Shown here one piece after another: positions 19,723 to 30,115 of a stretch of 64,000 bases of DNA (positions within the stretch are counted from its first letter, which is position 1; every line of letters begins with the position of its first letter). This DNA is from Niabella sp. Its GTDB lineage: Bacteria; Bacteroidota; Bacteroidia; Chitinophagales; Chitinophagaceae. The DNA lies in NCBI GenBank assembly GCA_047606125.1, contig JASGEW010000131.1, forward strand, positions 7,406-71,405. The letters run 5' to 3'. The translations under genes were made by a program, and so were the position numbers. Under the pieces are notes generated by a model, which made no database searches, had not been told where the DNA came from, and saw only the letters and a program-made list of their open reading frames with translations.

Positions 19723-21420
19723 ATGCTGATGTGCCGTATAATATTTTTTATTTTCTTATTATCGCCGCTATATACCCGGGCACAGATAAACGGCCCGGAT
19801 TATAAAAGCAATAAACAGATTATTGCACAAAATGGCGCAGTGGTTTGTGCCCATCCGCTTGCCGGTAAGGCTGGCTTACTGATGCTGAAGAAAGGCGGCA
19901 ATGCGGTTGACGCGGCTATTGCTACCCAATGGGCGTTGGCGGTAGTATATCCAGGCGCCGGAAACATTGGCGGCGGGGGTTTTATGGTAGCCACTTTTAA
20001 AGATCAGAAGCCCGTTGCCCTCGATTACAGGGAAATGGCGCCGGCAGCGGCTTTTAAAGATATGTATCTTGATGAGCAGGGCAATGCAATAAGCGATAAA
20101 AGTCTTAACGGGCATTTATCCTGCGGGGTGCCCGGCACAGTTGCCGGTTTATTTGCCGCACACCAATATGCAAAGCTGCCTATGCAAACTTTGATTGCCC
20201 CTGCTATTGAACTGGCCGAAAAAGGCTTTGCCATTACAGCAGCCGAAGCTTCACAGCTTAATAATGCCCGGCAGGCTTTCGGGCAATATAATACCATAAA
20301 ACCGGTTTTTATAAAGGACTGGCCTTGGAAAGCAGGTGATATACTGGTGCAAAAAGAGCTTGCCGGCACATTGAAAAGAATAAGCGATAAGGGACAGGCC
20401 GGATTTTATGAAGGTGAAACAGCAGAAATGATCGTTGCGGAAATGCAGAGAGGAAAAGGACTGATCACCCTGAATGATCTTAAAAACTACACCGCAAAAT
20501 ACAGGGAGCCGCTTACTTTTAAATATGAGGGATATGAAATTATAGGCATGCCCATGCCCAGCAGTGGCGGACTGCTGCTGAACCAGATGCTGAAAATGAT
20601 TGAACCGTACCAGGTTGCAAAAATGGGTTTCCAGACTCCTGCATCGGTACAATTAATGACAGAAGCCGAAAGGAGAGCTTATGCAGACAGGGCTAAATAC
20701 ATGGGAGATCCTGATTTTGCAAAAGTTCCGGTAGCGGAATTAAGAAGCGGGCGCTATTTAATGGGTCGCATGAAAAATTATGAACCCGGTAAGGCGGGAA
20801 ACAGCAGGGAAACCACAGAAGGGATAATACCAGGCTACGAAAGTGAAGAAACCACCCATTTAAGTGTAATTGATAAGGAAGGCAATGCCGTTTCCGTCAC
20901 AACAACTTTAAATAATGTTTATGGCAGCAAAACGGTGGTAGCCGGTGCAGGATTTTTACTGAATGATGAAATGGATGATTTCAGCGCAAAACCCGGCTCG
21001 CCCAATTTATTCGGCGCGGTGGGCGGAAAAGCCAATGCTATTGAACCCGGCAAAAGAATGCTTAGTTCTATGGCTCCCACTATCATTTCAAAAAACAACC
21101 GGCCCTATTTAGTAGTGGGCACCCCGGGCGGCACCACTATTCCCACGTCGGTATTTCAGACTATTGTCAATATCATTGATTTTAATATGACCACAGCTGA
21201 GGCCGTAAACAAGCCAAAATTTCATCATCAATGGCTGCCCGATGAGGTTTTTATCGAAAAAGGATTTTCACAAAGCACCGCCAACGCGCTCCTGAAAATG
21301 GGATATAAATTAAGTGAGCGCCGGCAAATCGGGCGTACCGAAGTAATAAAAGTACTGCCTGATGGAAGATTTGATGCAGTGGCCGATATAAGAGGCGATG
21401 ACAGCGCCGAAGGATATTAA
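19723..21420 (+). CDS. ggt: Gamma-glutamyltransferase
   Basis: 565 aa with a signal peptide. Has GGGGFM, the autoprocessing/nucleophile context EETTHLSVIDKEGNAVSVTTTLN, and MDDFS. Confidence 0.92.
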   Translation: MLMCRIIFFIFLLSPLYTRAQINGPDYKSNKQIIAQNGAVVCAHPLAGKAGLLMLKKGGNAVDAAIATQWALAVVYPGAGNIGGGGFMVATFKDQKPVALDYREMAPAAAFKDMYLDEQGNAISDKSLNGHLSCGVPGTVAGLFAAHQYAKLPMQTLIAPAIELAEKGFAITAAEASQLNNARQAFGQYNTIKPVFIKDWPWKAGDILVQKELAGTLKRISDKGQAGFYEGETAEMIVAEMQRGKGLITLNDLKNYTAKYREPLTFKYEGYEIIGMPMPSSGGLLLNQMLKMIEPYQVAKMGFQTPASVQLMTEAERRAYADRAKYMGDPDFAKVPVAELRSGRYLMGRMKNYEPGKAGNSRETTEGIIPGYESEETTHLSVIDKEGNAVSVTTTLNNVYGSKTVVAGAGFLLNDEMDDFSAKPGSPNLFGAVGGKANAIEPGKRMLSSMAPTIISKNNRPYLVVGTPGGTTIPTSVFQTIVNIIDFNMTTAEAVNKPKFHHQWLPDEVFIEKGFSQSTANALLKMGYKLSERRQIGRTEVIKVLPDGRFDAVADIRGDDSAEGY

Positions 21421-21468
21421 GCTCAGGCAGTCTTACTCAATTACAAATAAATTATTTTTAAGCACAAC

Positions 21469-21840
21469 ATGAAAGCCTTCGGTACTATAGGATTATTATT
21501 TCTTTCCAATTCATTTATGACCTTAGCCTGGTACGGACACTTAAAGTTTTTCGGGAAAGGCAGCGCTCATGCCGCCACTCCTGTATGGATCATTATTTTG
21601 ATCAGCTGGGGTATTGCTTTTTTTGAATATTGTTTCCAGGTACCGGCCAACAGGATGGGCTCATCTGAAACCGGCGGGCCTTTTTCCCTGGTTCAGCTGA
21701 AAGTGATCCAGGAGGTGATTACGCTGGTGGTATTCGTTATCTTTTCAAAACTGGCTTTTCATAACCTGCAGCTTTCTGTTAACCATTTTATAGGCTTTAT
21801 GCTATTGATCGCCGCAGTGTATTTTATTTTTAAAGGTTAA
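21469..21840 (+). CDS. DMT-superfamily small membrane protein (DUF486-like)
   Basis: 123 aa with four predicted TM segments. The N-terminus LSNSFMTLAWYGHLKF is typical of this family. Confidence 0.65.
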   Translation: MKAFGTIGLLFLSNSFMTLAWYGHLKFFGKGSAHAATPVWIIILISWGIAFFEYCFQVPANRMGSSETGGPFSLVQLKVIQEVITLVVFVIFSKLAFHNLQLSVNHFIGFMLLIAAVYFIFKG

Positions 21841-21847
21841 ACACACT

Positions 21848-24565
21848 TTATTCCGGCCTGATTTTTAGCGGCACGGCCAATACCCCGAATTCGCCTTTTA
21901 AATCTGCCCCCTGAATGATAACAATATAACCGTGTCCTTTAGTTTCGGATGTATAAAACGAAATATTTGCGGCCCCGTTTTTATCACTGATCACATTCGG
22001 GTTCCAGTACACGGTTTGCCTCAGGTCAGGAAAAGCAGTTTCTTCGTTTGCAGAGGTATACCGGGGGCTGTAAAATTGTTTTCCTATAAAAGGCGCAACA
22101 GGCTTTAGCAAATACATGCCGGGCACTTTCTTTAAAAAGGGCCCTACCCCGCCGTGCGTAGTAATTTCTATAAAGGAAATATCCCTGGTAGCTGCACTAT
22201 AATTCATTTGTTCCCCGGCTTCCAAATAACGCGATTTATAGCTGCTGTTATACCTGGGATTGTTCATGATCTCAATCCCTTTTATATCTTCAGCGGTGTA
22301 ATACTGTAAATATCCATTGAGGAATTGCAAATAATCATCGCTCATGGATGTCGTTGAATGATAGTAGAAGTCCAGATCCATCCCGTCAAAAATAAACCGC
22401 ACCTTGTTGCTGTTAATAAAGTATTCCAGCCGCTGGCTTTTGGGCAAAGTACCTTCCCTGAAGCCCGGCACTTTTTCCTTCAAAACATCAAGAAGTGTTT
22501 TTTTAGGAGTTTTCTCTAAAACAGCCTGTGATATGGTTTGATCCGCCCCGTCGTTCAGATTTTGAGACCCAGGTATACGGGCCTTTGCAGTTACCACTAC
22601 TTCTTCCAGCATACGACCATCGCGCCTTATTTGCTCCAAAAGCCTGGCACGCATATCAATCGATCGTTTAGCTGCCGTATCAAAAACAATGCTGTTCTCA
22701 TCATACATTTCTCTGGGTGCAGGAATAGGGGCGTAATTTTTATCAAATACATTTATACCTACACCAAACGATTTATTATTTTTATTGACCGCCTTGATCA
22801 TGGTGCTAACAGTATCTGTAACAAACAAAGGGAAACCGGAAAAAGTAAAAATGCCGTTCCTGTTAGTAGTGGTATCTCCAAAAAATATACCCTTACCATC
22901 TCGCCCGAATATAGTAACCTTAGTATTGGCTAATGGTTTATTAAGCAAATTAGTAGCCTTACCGCTTATTTCAAATCCCTTTTCATAAGCAAATTCTCTG
23001 GTTATATTTTCAAAATCATATTTTACCCAGCCCTGTGTTAGCATTAATGCATTGATGGCCTCACCCACAGGATTTTTTATATAATAATACGGATCTTCAA
23101 CAGCGCCTTTTAAGTCGGAACTTAAAAGCATATAGCTGACAATATTGTCTTTCCCTTGTGAAAGCTGAACCTGGCTGGTATCAATTACCGAAACCGAAAA
23201 ACTGCCCATGACCTGCTGGCCCGCACTGTTTTTTACTGACAGATTGAGCATTACGCTGTCTTTATTCAGGTATACTGCTTTATTGGGTGTTAAAGCTAAT
23301 CCCAGCACATCGTTATGCCATATAAAAACGGCTCTTTCATTTATGGGTATTTGTTCATCATTGTAAAGGGTGATTCTGGCCACCCCGCTGGGAAAGTCCT
23401 TAGTGGCTAATTTCACACAGTAGTTTTCCTTATTTTGTAGTTTGGCAGTTGCATAATAACCACCCCTTACAGAACCTGTAATATAAACAATAGACCTGGC
23501 CATGCCCGGCGTTACATGCACATTTACAATAATACTGTCGGCACTATCGTTGTACAGTACCTGCAGCATGCTCGCCGATGGTTCAACTACCGGTAATTGA
23601 TAAGCCGCTCCATTATTAAGATAAGCTGTGTAAGTTTCGTTTGCTGCAGGCAGCATCCATACAACACCCATACCCTTGTGCACCGATGCAAAAGAACAAA
23701 CAGCACTGCCTTTACTGTCTTTTATCACTCCTTTTACATCAGCCCCGCGTCCATATATATCTACCGCTTTAAAACCAACAGCCTGCTTTATGCCAGCCAC
23801 AAAACTGCCTCCTTCCGGTAAGAACTGAAGGTCCAGCGCCTGGCTTTTATAGGGTACAGGTATTTGCAGTTGCAGGTTTTTATTGCTTATCTCCAGCCGA
23901 GTATTGCCAGGTGATGCATTTTTCAATAAAGTGTCAATATAAATGTTGCCGGAAGCATCGGTTACCATTCGCTTTCTAAACAGAACTTTATTTTTACTGA
24001 TAAGCTGAACATTTACTTTATCGTTAGCTAACGGCCTCCGGCCTTCTGATTTTAAAGCAATGGCTGCCGATAGTCTGTTATTGGCAAAGCTCATATTATT
24101 AAGGGTTGCTCTCCAAAGCCCGGCAGAGGGGTCAATAATTTTAAAATCAGTTTCAAAAAATAAAGAATCCCCGAAATTTCTCATACGGTTCGTATAGGCC
24201 CTCAGGGTGTATATACCCTGCGAAAATAATTTATCAGTAAGGGTAATATTACTGTAGAACATACCAAACTGGCTCATAATACTAATGCGCTTTGCCAGCT
24301 CACCTTTAGCATCAATCAACTCAACATACACAATACGGCTGCTGTCATTAGGGATCAGCAAACCAGCTGTTACCATATAGCCCTTCAGCCACAGCGTATC
24401 ATTCAAATTATATTGCGGCCTGTCGTGATCAATAAATATCTTTTCGCGGCCATCGTAAATATTGATGCTGTCGCGGCTTCTTACTCGTTGCTGAAAAACT
24501 TCAAACTGTGCATGGACTGCTGTGCCCAGAATAATAAAACAGATTAGAACAAGGCTTCGAAACAT
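21848..24565 (-). CDS. Large secreted protein with an MG2-like N-terminal domain and a TonB-plug-like C-terminal region; no beta-barrel. Paralogue of 37042-39432 and 39528-41909.
   Basis: 905 aa. Signal peptide ends ...AVHAQ. IFIDHDRPQYNLNDTLWLKGY resembles the MG2 motif of the other two copies. FLPEGGSFVAGIKQAVGFKAVD is also shared. The plug-like stretch is LEEVVVTAKA...LLDVLKEKVPGF...FDGMDLD...IKGIEIM. Confidence 0.55.
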   Translation of the reverse strand: MFRSLVLICFIILGTAVHAQFEVFQQRVRSRDSINIYDGREKIFIDHDRPQYNLNDTLWLKGYMVTAGLLIPNDSSRIVYVELIDAKGELAKRISIMSQFGMFYSNITLTDKLFSQGIYTLRAYTNRMRNFGDSLFFETDFKIIDPSAGLWRATLNNMSFANNRLSAAIALKSEGRRPLANDKVNVQLISKNKVLFRKRMVTDASGNIYIDTLLKNASPGNTRLEISNKNLQLQIPVPYKSQALDLQFLPEGGSFVAGIKQAVGFKAVDIYGRGADVKGVIKDSKGSAVCSFASVHKGMGVVWMLPAANETYTAYLNNGAAYQLPVVEPSASMLQVLYNDSADSIIVNVHVTPGMARSIVYITGSVRGGYYATAKLQNKENYCVKLATKDFPSGVARITLYNDEQIPINERAVFIWHNDVLGLALTPNKAVYLNKDSVMLNLSVKNSAGQQVMGSFSVSVIDTSQVQLSQGKDNIVSYMLLSSDLKGAVEDPYYYIKNPVGEAINALMLTQGWVKYDFENITREFAYEKGFEISGKATNLLNKPLANTKVTIFGRDGKGIFFGDTTTNRNGIFTFSGFPLFVTDTVSTMIKAVNKNNKSFGVGINVFDKNYAPIPAPREMYDENSIVFDTAAKRSIDMRARLLEQIRRDGRMLEEVVVTAKARIPGSQNLNDGADQTISQAVLEKTPKKTLLDVLKEKVPGFREGTLPKSQRLEYFINSNKVRFIFDGMDLDFYYHSTTSMSDDYLQFLNGYLQYYTAEDIKGIEIMNNPRYNSSYKSRYLEAGEQMNYSAATRDISFIEITTHGGVGPFLKKVPGMYLLKPVAPFIGKQFYSPRYTSANEETAFPDLRQTVYWNPNVISDKNGAANISFYTSETKGHGYIVIIQGADLKGEFGVLAVPLKIRPE

Positions 24566-24751
24566 ACGAATGGGGTTGAAGTAAAGGGAACTTATAACAT
24601 TATAATTATTTTTATCTGACGCTATTTTTCACTTAACCGTTGCGTATATAGTCAAAATAATTCATTTTTATGAGATCAAAATGCAGCATACCCAACCGAT
24701 AGCTTCTGCTGGAATAAAGTTCACTCCAGACAGAGCCGGTTATACAGGTTT

Positions 24752-25693
24752 TTATTGAAAATAATATTTTAGTTCTTTAGCGGCTGCAATAAATTCTTCC
24801 CAAACATTTTTAATAATCTGTTCTGCCGATGGCAAATCGCTGATCAGCGCGCTCACCTGCCCTATTTCCAGTTTACCTTCCGCCAGGTCGCCTTCAAACA
24901 TGCCTTTTTTGGCGCGGCCTTTTCCTAATAAAGCAGCCAGTTTTTCAACAGGTTCGCCGCGAAGCGCTGCACCGGCAATCATGTTATAAAAATCATTTTT
25001 TAACAGCCGTACCGGCGTTAGCTGTTTCAGTGCAAGTTGCGTATCGCCCTCTTTCGCATTGATTACCGCATTTTTAAAATTGATATGCGACGATGCTTCC
25101 TTACAGGCAACAAAACGGCTGCCCATTTGAACCGCCTGGGCGCCCAGTGCAAAAGCTGCCAGCATTTGTCGCCCTGTTGCAATGCCTCCGGCCGCAATTA
25201 CAGGTATATCAACCGCATCAGCCACTAAAGGGATCAATACCATTGTTGTGGTTTCTTCCCGCCCGTTATGCCCACCTGCTTCAAAACCTTCGGCTACTAC
25301 CGCGTCGCAACCTGCCTGACGGGCCTTAACGGCAAACCTGCTGCTGCTTACTACATGCACTACAATAAGGCCGGCATCTTTAAAAATCTTTGTCCATGTT
25401 TCCGGGTTTCCCGCGCTTGTAAATACCACAGGCACTTTCTCATCAATGATTATTTTAACCTGTTTCTCTATATCATGGTATAGCAAAGGCAGATTTACTG
25501 CAAAAGGTTTTGCAGTTGCCGTTTTACATTTTTGAATATGTACTTTTAAAACATCGGGCGACATAGAGCCTGCGCCTATTATACCCAAACCACCCGCATT
25601 ACTTACGGCACTTGCCAGCTTCCATCCACTGGCCCATACCATGCCCGCCTGTACAATGGGGTATTTAATCTTAAAAAGCTGGGTAATAGACAT
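24752..25693 (-). CDS. NAD(P)H-dependent flavin oxidoreductase (nitronate monooxygenase / FabK-like family)
   Basis: 313 aa. Has PIVQAGMVWASGWKLASAVSNAGGLGIIGAG, AEGFEAGGH and AAGGIATGRQ. Confidence 0.8.
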   Translation of the reverse strand: MSITQLFKIKYPIVQAGMVWASGWKLASAVSNAGGLGIIGAGSMSPDVLKVHIQKCKTATAKPFAVNLPLLYHDIEKQVKIIIDEKVPVVFTSAGNPETWTKIFKDAGLIVVHVVSSSRFAVKARQAGCDAVVAEGFEAGGHNGREETTTMVLIPLVADAVDIPVIAAGGIATGRQMLAAFALGAQAVQMGSRFVACKEASSHINFKNAVINAKEGDTQLALKQLTPVRLLKNDFYNMIAGAALRGEPVEKLAALLGKGRAKKGMFEGDLAEGKLEIGQVSALISDLPSAEQIIKNVWEEFIAAAKELKYYFQ

Positions 25694-25830
25694 TGCTTTA
25701 ACTGACAGTTGGCTGTTAACAGCAAATTACAATTTTAAAGAGTTCATTGCATATTGCTTGTTGTTCAGAGTTCAGGCTCATCCGTTCATCACTCATTGTC
25801 ATGCATCATTTATAAATCCCTCCGGCTGCA

Positions 25831-26820
25831 TTATCCCAGGTCAATACTGGTATTATCACCAATATTCAGACTGCGGGTTTCTCCTTTCAGGCTGGTATCG
25901 CTGCCAATAAGCGAATCCTCAAGCACAATATCAAACAGATTACAATAAGCGCCTACAATTGAATTCTTAACAATAGACTGAGCCATATTAGTATATTCGC
26001 CCAATGTAACATTGGGACCAATAATGCTGTTCTCAATAGAACACCCTTCGCCAATACTTACCGGAGGTATAATTACAGTATTTCTGTATTTAGAAGCATC
26101 TGTTGTAATGCCAAATCGCTTCAAAAGTGTGGCATTAGATTTTAATAAAGTGTCCTTGTTCCCCGCATCAAACCAGTTATCCACTTTAAAAGACCTGAAA
26201 GCAACACCCTTGGCAATCATACGTTCTATAGCATCGGTAATCGTAAATTCACCGTGGGTAAGCAGCCCGTTGCTGATGTTTTGCTCAAGGCATTCGAACA
26301 TGATGCGGCTCTCGGCAATTTTATATAAACCCACCATTGCCATATTCGACTTGGGTATCTGTGGTTTTTCGATTACAGACTCAATAATTCCATCATTGTC
26401 AATTTCAGCTACACCAAAATCCCTGGGGTTATCCACTTTGCGGATGCCGATCAGCGACCCCGGCATTTTCAGTACTTCTTTCACATCATATTCGCAAATA
26501 GTATCGCCCAAAGCAATAAATATCTCATCGTCCTTTACCAGCTCCTTACTCAAACTGATCGCATGACCTACCCCCTGGCGATCTTCCTGTCCTACAAAAT
26601 GCGCAATAATGTCCGTATGTTTATCTTTTACATAATGGTAGATTTTATCGCCTAAGTACCCTATTATAAATATAAACTCATCGATCCCTGCATTTTTAAG
26701 CTGATCGATAATAATGCTCAATACCGTTTTATTAGCCACCGGGATCAATGCCTTGGGCTGCGTATAACTTTGTGGTCTTAATTTAGTTCCGGTACCTGCA
26801 ACAGGAATAATTGCCTTCAT
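25831..26820 (-). CDS. Sugar-phosphate nucleotidyltransferase with a C-terminal left-handed beta-helix
   Basis: 329 aa. N-terminus is MKAIIPVAGTGTKLRPQSYTQPKALIPV. The C-terminus has hexapeptide-like repeats (IGEGCSIENSIIGPNVTLGE...). Confidence 0.8.
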   Translation of the reverse strand: MKAIIPVAGTGTKLRPQSYTQPKALIPVANKTVLSIIIDQLKNAGIDEFIFIIGYLGDKIYHYVKDKHTDIIAHFVGQEDRQGVGHAISLSKELVKDDEIFIALGDTICEYDVKEVLKMPGSLIGIRKVDNPRDFGVAEIDNDGIIESVIEKPQIPKSNMAMVGLYKIAESRIMFECLEQNISNGLLTHGEFTITDAIERMIAKGVAFRSFKVDNWFDAGNKDTLLKSNATLLKRFGITTDASKYRNTVIIPPVSIGEGCSIENSIIGPNVTLGEYTNMAQSIVKNSIVGAYCNLFDIVLEDSLIGSDTSLKGETRSLNIGDNTSIDLG

Positions 26821-26955
26821 CAGTAAAATACTATTTAATCCTTTTCTGTAGCTAAATCGGGGAAAATTTATGCTGATTTATAAATAATCGAAGCGTGAAG
26901 ATAAGAAAATGCTTTTTGCGGAAGATACTTATTTTATATAAACGCAGTGGCCCTG

Positions 26956-26985
26956 TTTGTTTTATTGTTTTGCCCCCTAACTTTG
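26956..26985 (+). promoter_or_regulatory. Candidate Bacteroidota promoter for glyA (-33 TTTG at 26956-26959, -7 TAACTTTG at 26978-26985)
   Basis: Both elements match the TTTG / TAnnTTTG consensus at appropriate spacing. The predicted transcription start falls at or within a few nt of the glyA ATG (26990). Confidence 0.35.
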
Positions 26986-26989
26986 CGCC

Positions 26990-28270
26990 ATGCAAAAAGA
27001 TACTCTAGTAGCAGCCTTGCTTCAAAAAGAATTGGAACGCCAGCGTAATGGCATTGAATTGATTGCGTCAGAAAATTTTGCTTCCCCTGAAGTGATCCGG
27101 ACCATTGGATCGGTACCTGCTAATAAATATGCGGAGGGCTATCCCGGCAAAAGATACTATGGGGGTTGCGAGGTAGTGGATGAAATAGAAACACTGGCCA
27201 TCGAGCGCCTGAAAAAAATATTTAACGCCAGTTGGGCCAATGTACAACCACACAGCGGCGCCCAGGCTAACGGCGCTGTTTTTTTAGCAGTATTAAAACC
27301 GGGCGATACCATTATGGGCCTCGATTTAAGCATGGGCGGGCATCTTACACATGGCAGCCCGGCTAACTTCAGCGGCAAACATTATAATGTAATTTCTTAC
27401 GGTGTGGATAAAGAAACCGGCCTGGTTAATTATGATGACCTGGAGGCTAAGGCACTTGCACATAAACCTAAAATGATCATTTGCGGCGCTTCGGCTTATA
27501 GCCGCGATTGGGATTACGCCCGTATACGGTCAGTAGCCGATAAAATCGGAGCCGTGGTAATGGCCGATATTGCGCATCCTGCAGGGCTTATTGCCAAAAA
27601 TTTATTGAACGATCCGTTTAATCATTGTCATATTGTTACCAGCACTACTCATAAAACGCTTCGCGGACCAAGAGGCGGCATTATTATGCTGCGCCACGAC
27701 TTTGAAAATCCATGGGGCATTAAAGACCCCAAGGGTAATACCCGTACCATGAGCCAGTTACTGGATCTGGCGGTATTTCCCGGTCTGCAAGGAGGACCGC
27801 TTGAGCATGTTATAGCAGCAAAAGCAGTTGCATTCGGTGAAATATTAAGCGACGATTTCCTTACTTATGGCAAACAAATTATTGCCAATGCACAGGCAAT
27901 GGCCAAAGCCTTTGTGGATAAGGGATATAACCTCATTAGCGGCGGCACAGACAATCATCTGATGCTGATTGATCTGCGCAATAAAAATCTTACCGGCAAA
28001 AAAGCCCAGGAAACGCTCGATAAAGCACATATAACGCTCAATAAAAATGCAGTGCCGTTTGATGACAAATCTCCGTTTGTAACATCTGGTATCCGGGTGG
28101 GCGTACCGGCAGTTACTACCAGAGGCTTAAAAGAAAATGATGTGCTGGAAGTAGTTTCTTTAATAGATAAAGTATTAATGAATACAGATGACGAATCCGT
28201 TATTGCAGGTGTAAAGGAAGAGGTAAAATCCTTTATGCAACAGTTTCCCTTGTATCCTGAATTAGGATAG
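26990..28270 (+). CDS. glyA: Serine hydroxymethyltransferase
   Basis: 426 aa. Has [22 protein letters not shown] and the PLP-lysine context [15 protein letters not shown]. Confidence 0.97.
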   Translation: MQKDTLVAALLQKELERQRNGIELIASENFASPEVIRTIGSVPANKYAEGYPGKRYYGGCEVVDEIETLAIERLKKIFNASWANVQPHSGAQANGAVFLAVLKPGDTIMGLDLSMGGHLTHGSPANFSGKHYNVISYGVDKETGLVNYDDLEAKALAHKPKMIICGASAYSRDWDYARIRSVADKIGAVVMADIAHPAGLIAKNLLNDPFNHCHIVTSTTHKTLRGPRGGIIMLRHDFENPWGIKDPKGNTRTMSQLLDLAVFPGLQGGPLEHVIAAKAVAFGEILSDDFLTYGKQIIANAQAMAKAFVDKGYNLISGGTDNHLMLIDLRNKNLTGKKAQETLDKAHITLNKNAVPFDDKSPFVTSGIRVGVPAVTTRGLKENDVLEVVSLIDKVLMNTDDESVIAGVKEEVKSFMQQFPLYPELG

Positions 28271-28289
28271 ATAAGTGAATTGTTAAAAG

Positions 28290-28330
28290 GTTGATAAGTT
28301 AACAGCGCTTCACTCCTTATCAACTTTTTA
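28290..28330 (+). terminator. Probable terminator after glyA
   Basis: Stem gttgataag (28290-28298) pairs with cttatcaac (28316-28324), followed by TTTTTT (28325-28330). The loop is rather long at 17 nt. Confidence 0.5.
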
Positions 28331-28356
28331 ACCCGTTAACTTTTCAACTAAAAAAA

Positions 28357-28779
28357 ATGATCCAGAGAAAACAAACGTTATGGTTGCTGCTTTCAACAAT
28401 CAGCAGCGCACTTACTTTTAAATTTCCTTTTTTCACGGGAACCGTTTTACCCAATACTAAAGGGGTTACAGGTCCTGACTTAAGTGCCGTTGACAATATT
28501 TTTCTTATCTTATTAACGGTGGTTACGCTGGCTTTGGCACTGGTGGCCATTTTCCTGTTTAAAGACCGCAAGCGCCAGGTACAGCTAACTATTCTCGGCC
28601 TTTTATGCGCTGTAGGATTGATAGCGTTATATTTTCTTTACGTTAAAAATTTTGCACCGGGCGGCCACCTTACTCTTACAGCACTGCTAACGCTGTTTAT
28701 TGTAATAGGGTTTTTCTTTGCCATGAAAGGCATCAGGAAGGACCAGAAACTGATAAGAGATCTGAACAGGCTGAGGTAA
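28357..28779 (+). CDS. Small integral membrane protein (DUF4293-like)
   Basis: 140 aa with about 4 TM segments. The N-terminus MIQRKQTLWLLLS is typical of this Bacteroidota family. Confidence 0.55.
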   Translation: MIQRKQTLWLLLSTISSALTFKFPFFTGTVLPNTKGVTGPDLSAVDNIFLILLTVVTLALALVAIFLFKDRKRQVQLTILGLLCAVGLIALYFLYVKNFAPGGHLTLTALLTLFIVIGFFFAMKGIRKDQKLIRDLNRLR

Positions 28780-28920
28780 CGGCTTTCTCATAATAGTTTG
28801 ACAGATGCGGGGCATATTAACGGCTCCGCATTTTTTATTGTCAAAACATCAGAACAGGCAATTATATTTAAACTAAATTTGCACCACTCCGCAAATGTTT
28901 TGCAGACCAAATCTTACATT

Positions 28921-29793
28921 ATGGCAAAAGTAAAAACAGGAATGGTTCAAATGAGCTGTACTGCCAACAAGCAGGACAACTTGAACAAAGCCATCGAAAA
29001 AATAAAAGAAGCTGCAGCTAAAGGCGCTCAGATCGTCTGTTTACAGGAATTGTTCACTTCCCTGTATTTCTGTGATGTGGAAGACTATGACAATTTCAAA
29101 CTGGCAGAACCCATTCCCGGCCCCTCCACCGATGCACTGCAACAGGTGGCGAAAGAACTTGGAGTGGTGATCATCGCCTCATTATTTGAAAAAAGAACAG
29201 AAGGTTTATATCATAATACAACAGCCGTATTAGATGCTGATGGCGCTTATTTAGGTAAGTATCGTAAAATGCATATTCCCGATGATCCGGCATACTACGA
29301 AAAATTTTATTTTACGCCCGGCGACCTGGGCTACAAAGTTTTTAAAACAAAATTTGCCACTATTGGCGTATTGATTTGCTGGGATCAATGGTATCCCGAA
29401 GGAGCACGCATCACATCATTAATGGGTGCAGAAATTCTCTTTTATCCCACTGCCATTGGCTGGGCTACTTCCCAGGACGAAGGTACCAATGTTGAGCAAT
29501 ATAACGCCTGGCAAACTATTCAGCGTAGCCACGCTGTGGCCAACGGCGTGCATGTAGTAAGTGTCAATCGTGTAGGATTTGAACAGGAAGGCGCTATGAA
29601 ATTCTGGGGCGGATCATTTATCGCTAATCCTTTTGGTTCTGTTCTTTACCTGGCCTCCCATGAAAATGAAGAAGTACATGTTGAAGAATTGGATCTGGCA
29701 AAAACAGATCAGTACCGTACCCATTGGCCGTTTCTCCGGGACAGGAGAATAGATTCTTACCAGCCGATTACAAAAAGGTATATTGATGAATAA
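28921..29793 (+). CDS. aguB: N-carbamoylputrescine amidase (carbon-nitrogen hydrolase family)
   Basis: 290 aa from the ATG at 28921 (MAKVKTGMVQMSC...). Catalytic contexts are LQELF, YRKMHIPDDP and VLICWDQWYPE. It neighbours agmatine deiminase. The 28798 start in the ORF track adds an unlikely 41-aa extension. Confidence 0.85.
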   Translation: MAKVKTGMVQMSCTANKQDNLNKAIEKIKEAAAKGAQIVCLQELFTSLYFCDVEDYDNFKLAEPIPGPSTDALQQVAKELGVVIIASLFEKRTEGLYHNTTAVLDADGAYLGKYRKMHIPDDPAYYEKFYFTPGDLGYKVFKTKFATIGVLICWDQWYPEGARITSLMGAEILFYPTAIGWATSQDEGTNVEQYNAWQTIQRSHAVANGVHVVSVNRVGFEQEGAMKFWGGSFIANPFGSVLYLASHENEEVHVEELDLAKTDQYRTHWPFLRDRRIDSYQPITKRYIDE

Positions 29794-29883
29794 GTCGGAA
29801 AGACGGGAAGTCAGAAGTCGGAAGTTGGGAAGACAGAAAGTCGGAAGACCGGAGTTGGGAACGGGGGATTGGAAGATGAGAGG
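29793..29883 (+). repeat. Purine-rich degenerate 7-8 nt tandem repeat tract (consensus about GTCGGAAG); left arm of the IVS-like cassette
   Basis: Reads aagtcggaaa gacgggaa gtcagaa gtcggaa gttgggaa gacagaaa gtcggaa gaccgga gttgggaa ..., and starts at the aguB stop codon. Confidence 0.8.
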
Positions 29884-29947
29884 ACTGCTATTATTTGATA
29901 AAAGATATTCTGTGAATATGCGGTTCGCACCTCTTTATTAAAAAATT

Positions 29948-30115
29948 ATGGCGTTTAAATTTGAACAATTGAGGGTATGGCAGAAAACTCTGGAACTAAC
30001 TGAATTAGTTCATACTACAACCCAGGAATTTCCAAAAGAAGAACTGTATGTGCTTACATCCCAAATAAAAAGAGCTGCTGACTCTGTTGCCCTACATCAA
30101 AAAACTAAAAAATGA
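29948..30115 (+). pseudogene. Truncated four-helix-bundle protein gene (23S rRNA intervening-sequence protein family)
   Basis: A 55-codon ORF not in the track: MAFKFEQLRVWQKTLELTELVHTTTQEFPKEELYVLTSQIKRAADSVALHQKTKK*. It matches the N-terminal half of the family (F..L.VWQK...L......FPKEE.Y.LTSQ.RRAA.S). Intact members are roughly twice as long. The stop overlaps the aguA ATG. Confidence 0.6.

Noticed and set aside
26012-26566. 184-aa plus-strand ORF
   Set aside because: It lies wholly within, and antisense to, the nucleotidyltransferase gene, which has clear family motifs.
26821-26989. Possible ZTP/THF-type riboswitch upstream of glyA
   Set aside because: There are no conserved riboswitch core sequences or extended pairing, and the region is short and AT-rich. 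A simple promoter fits better.
29793-29883. Purine-rich short tandem repeats considered as a CRISPR array or microsatellite
   Set aside because: The units are only 7-8 nt, degenerate and contiguous with no spacers, and no cas genes are present. They are better explained as an arm of the four-helix-bundle cassette.
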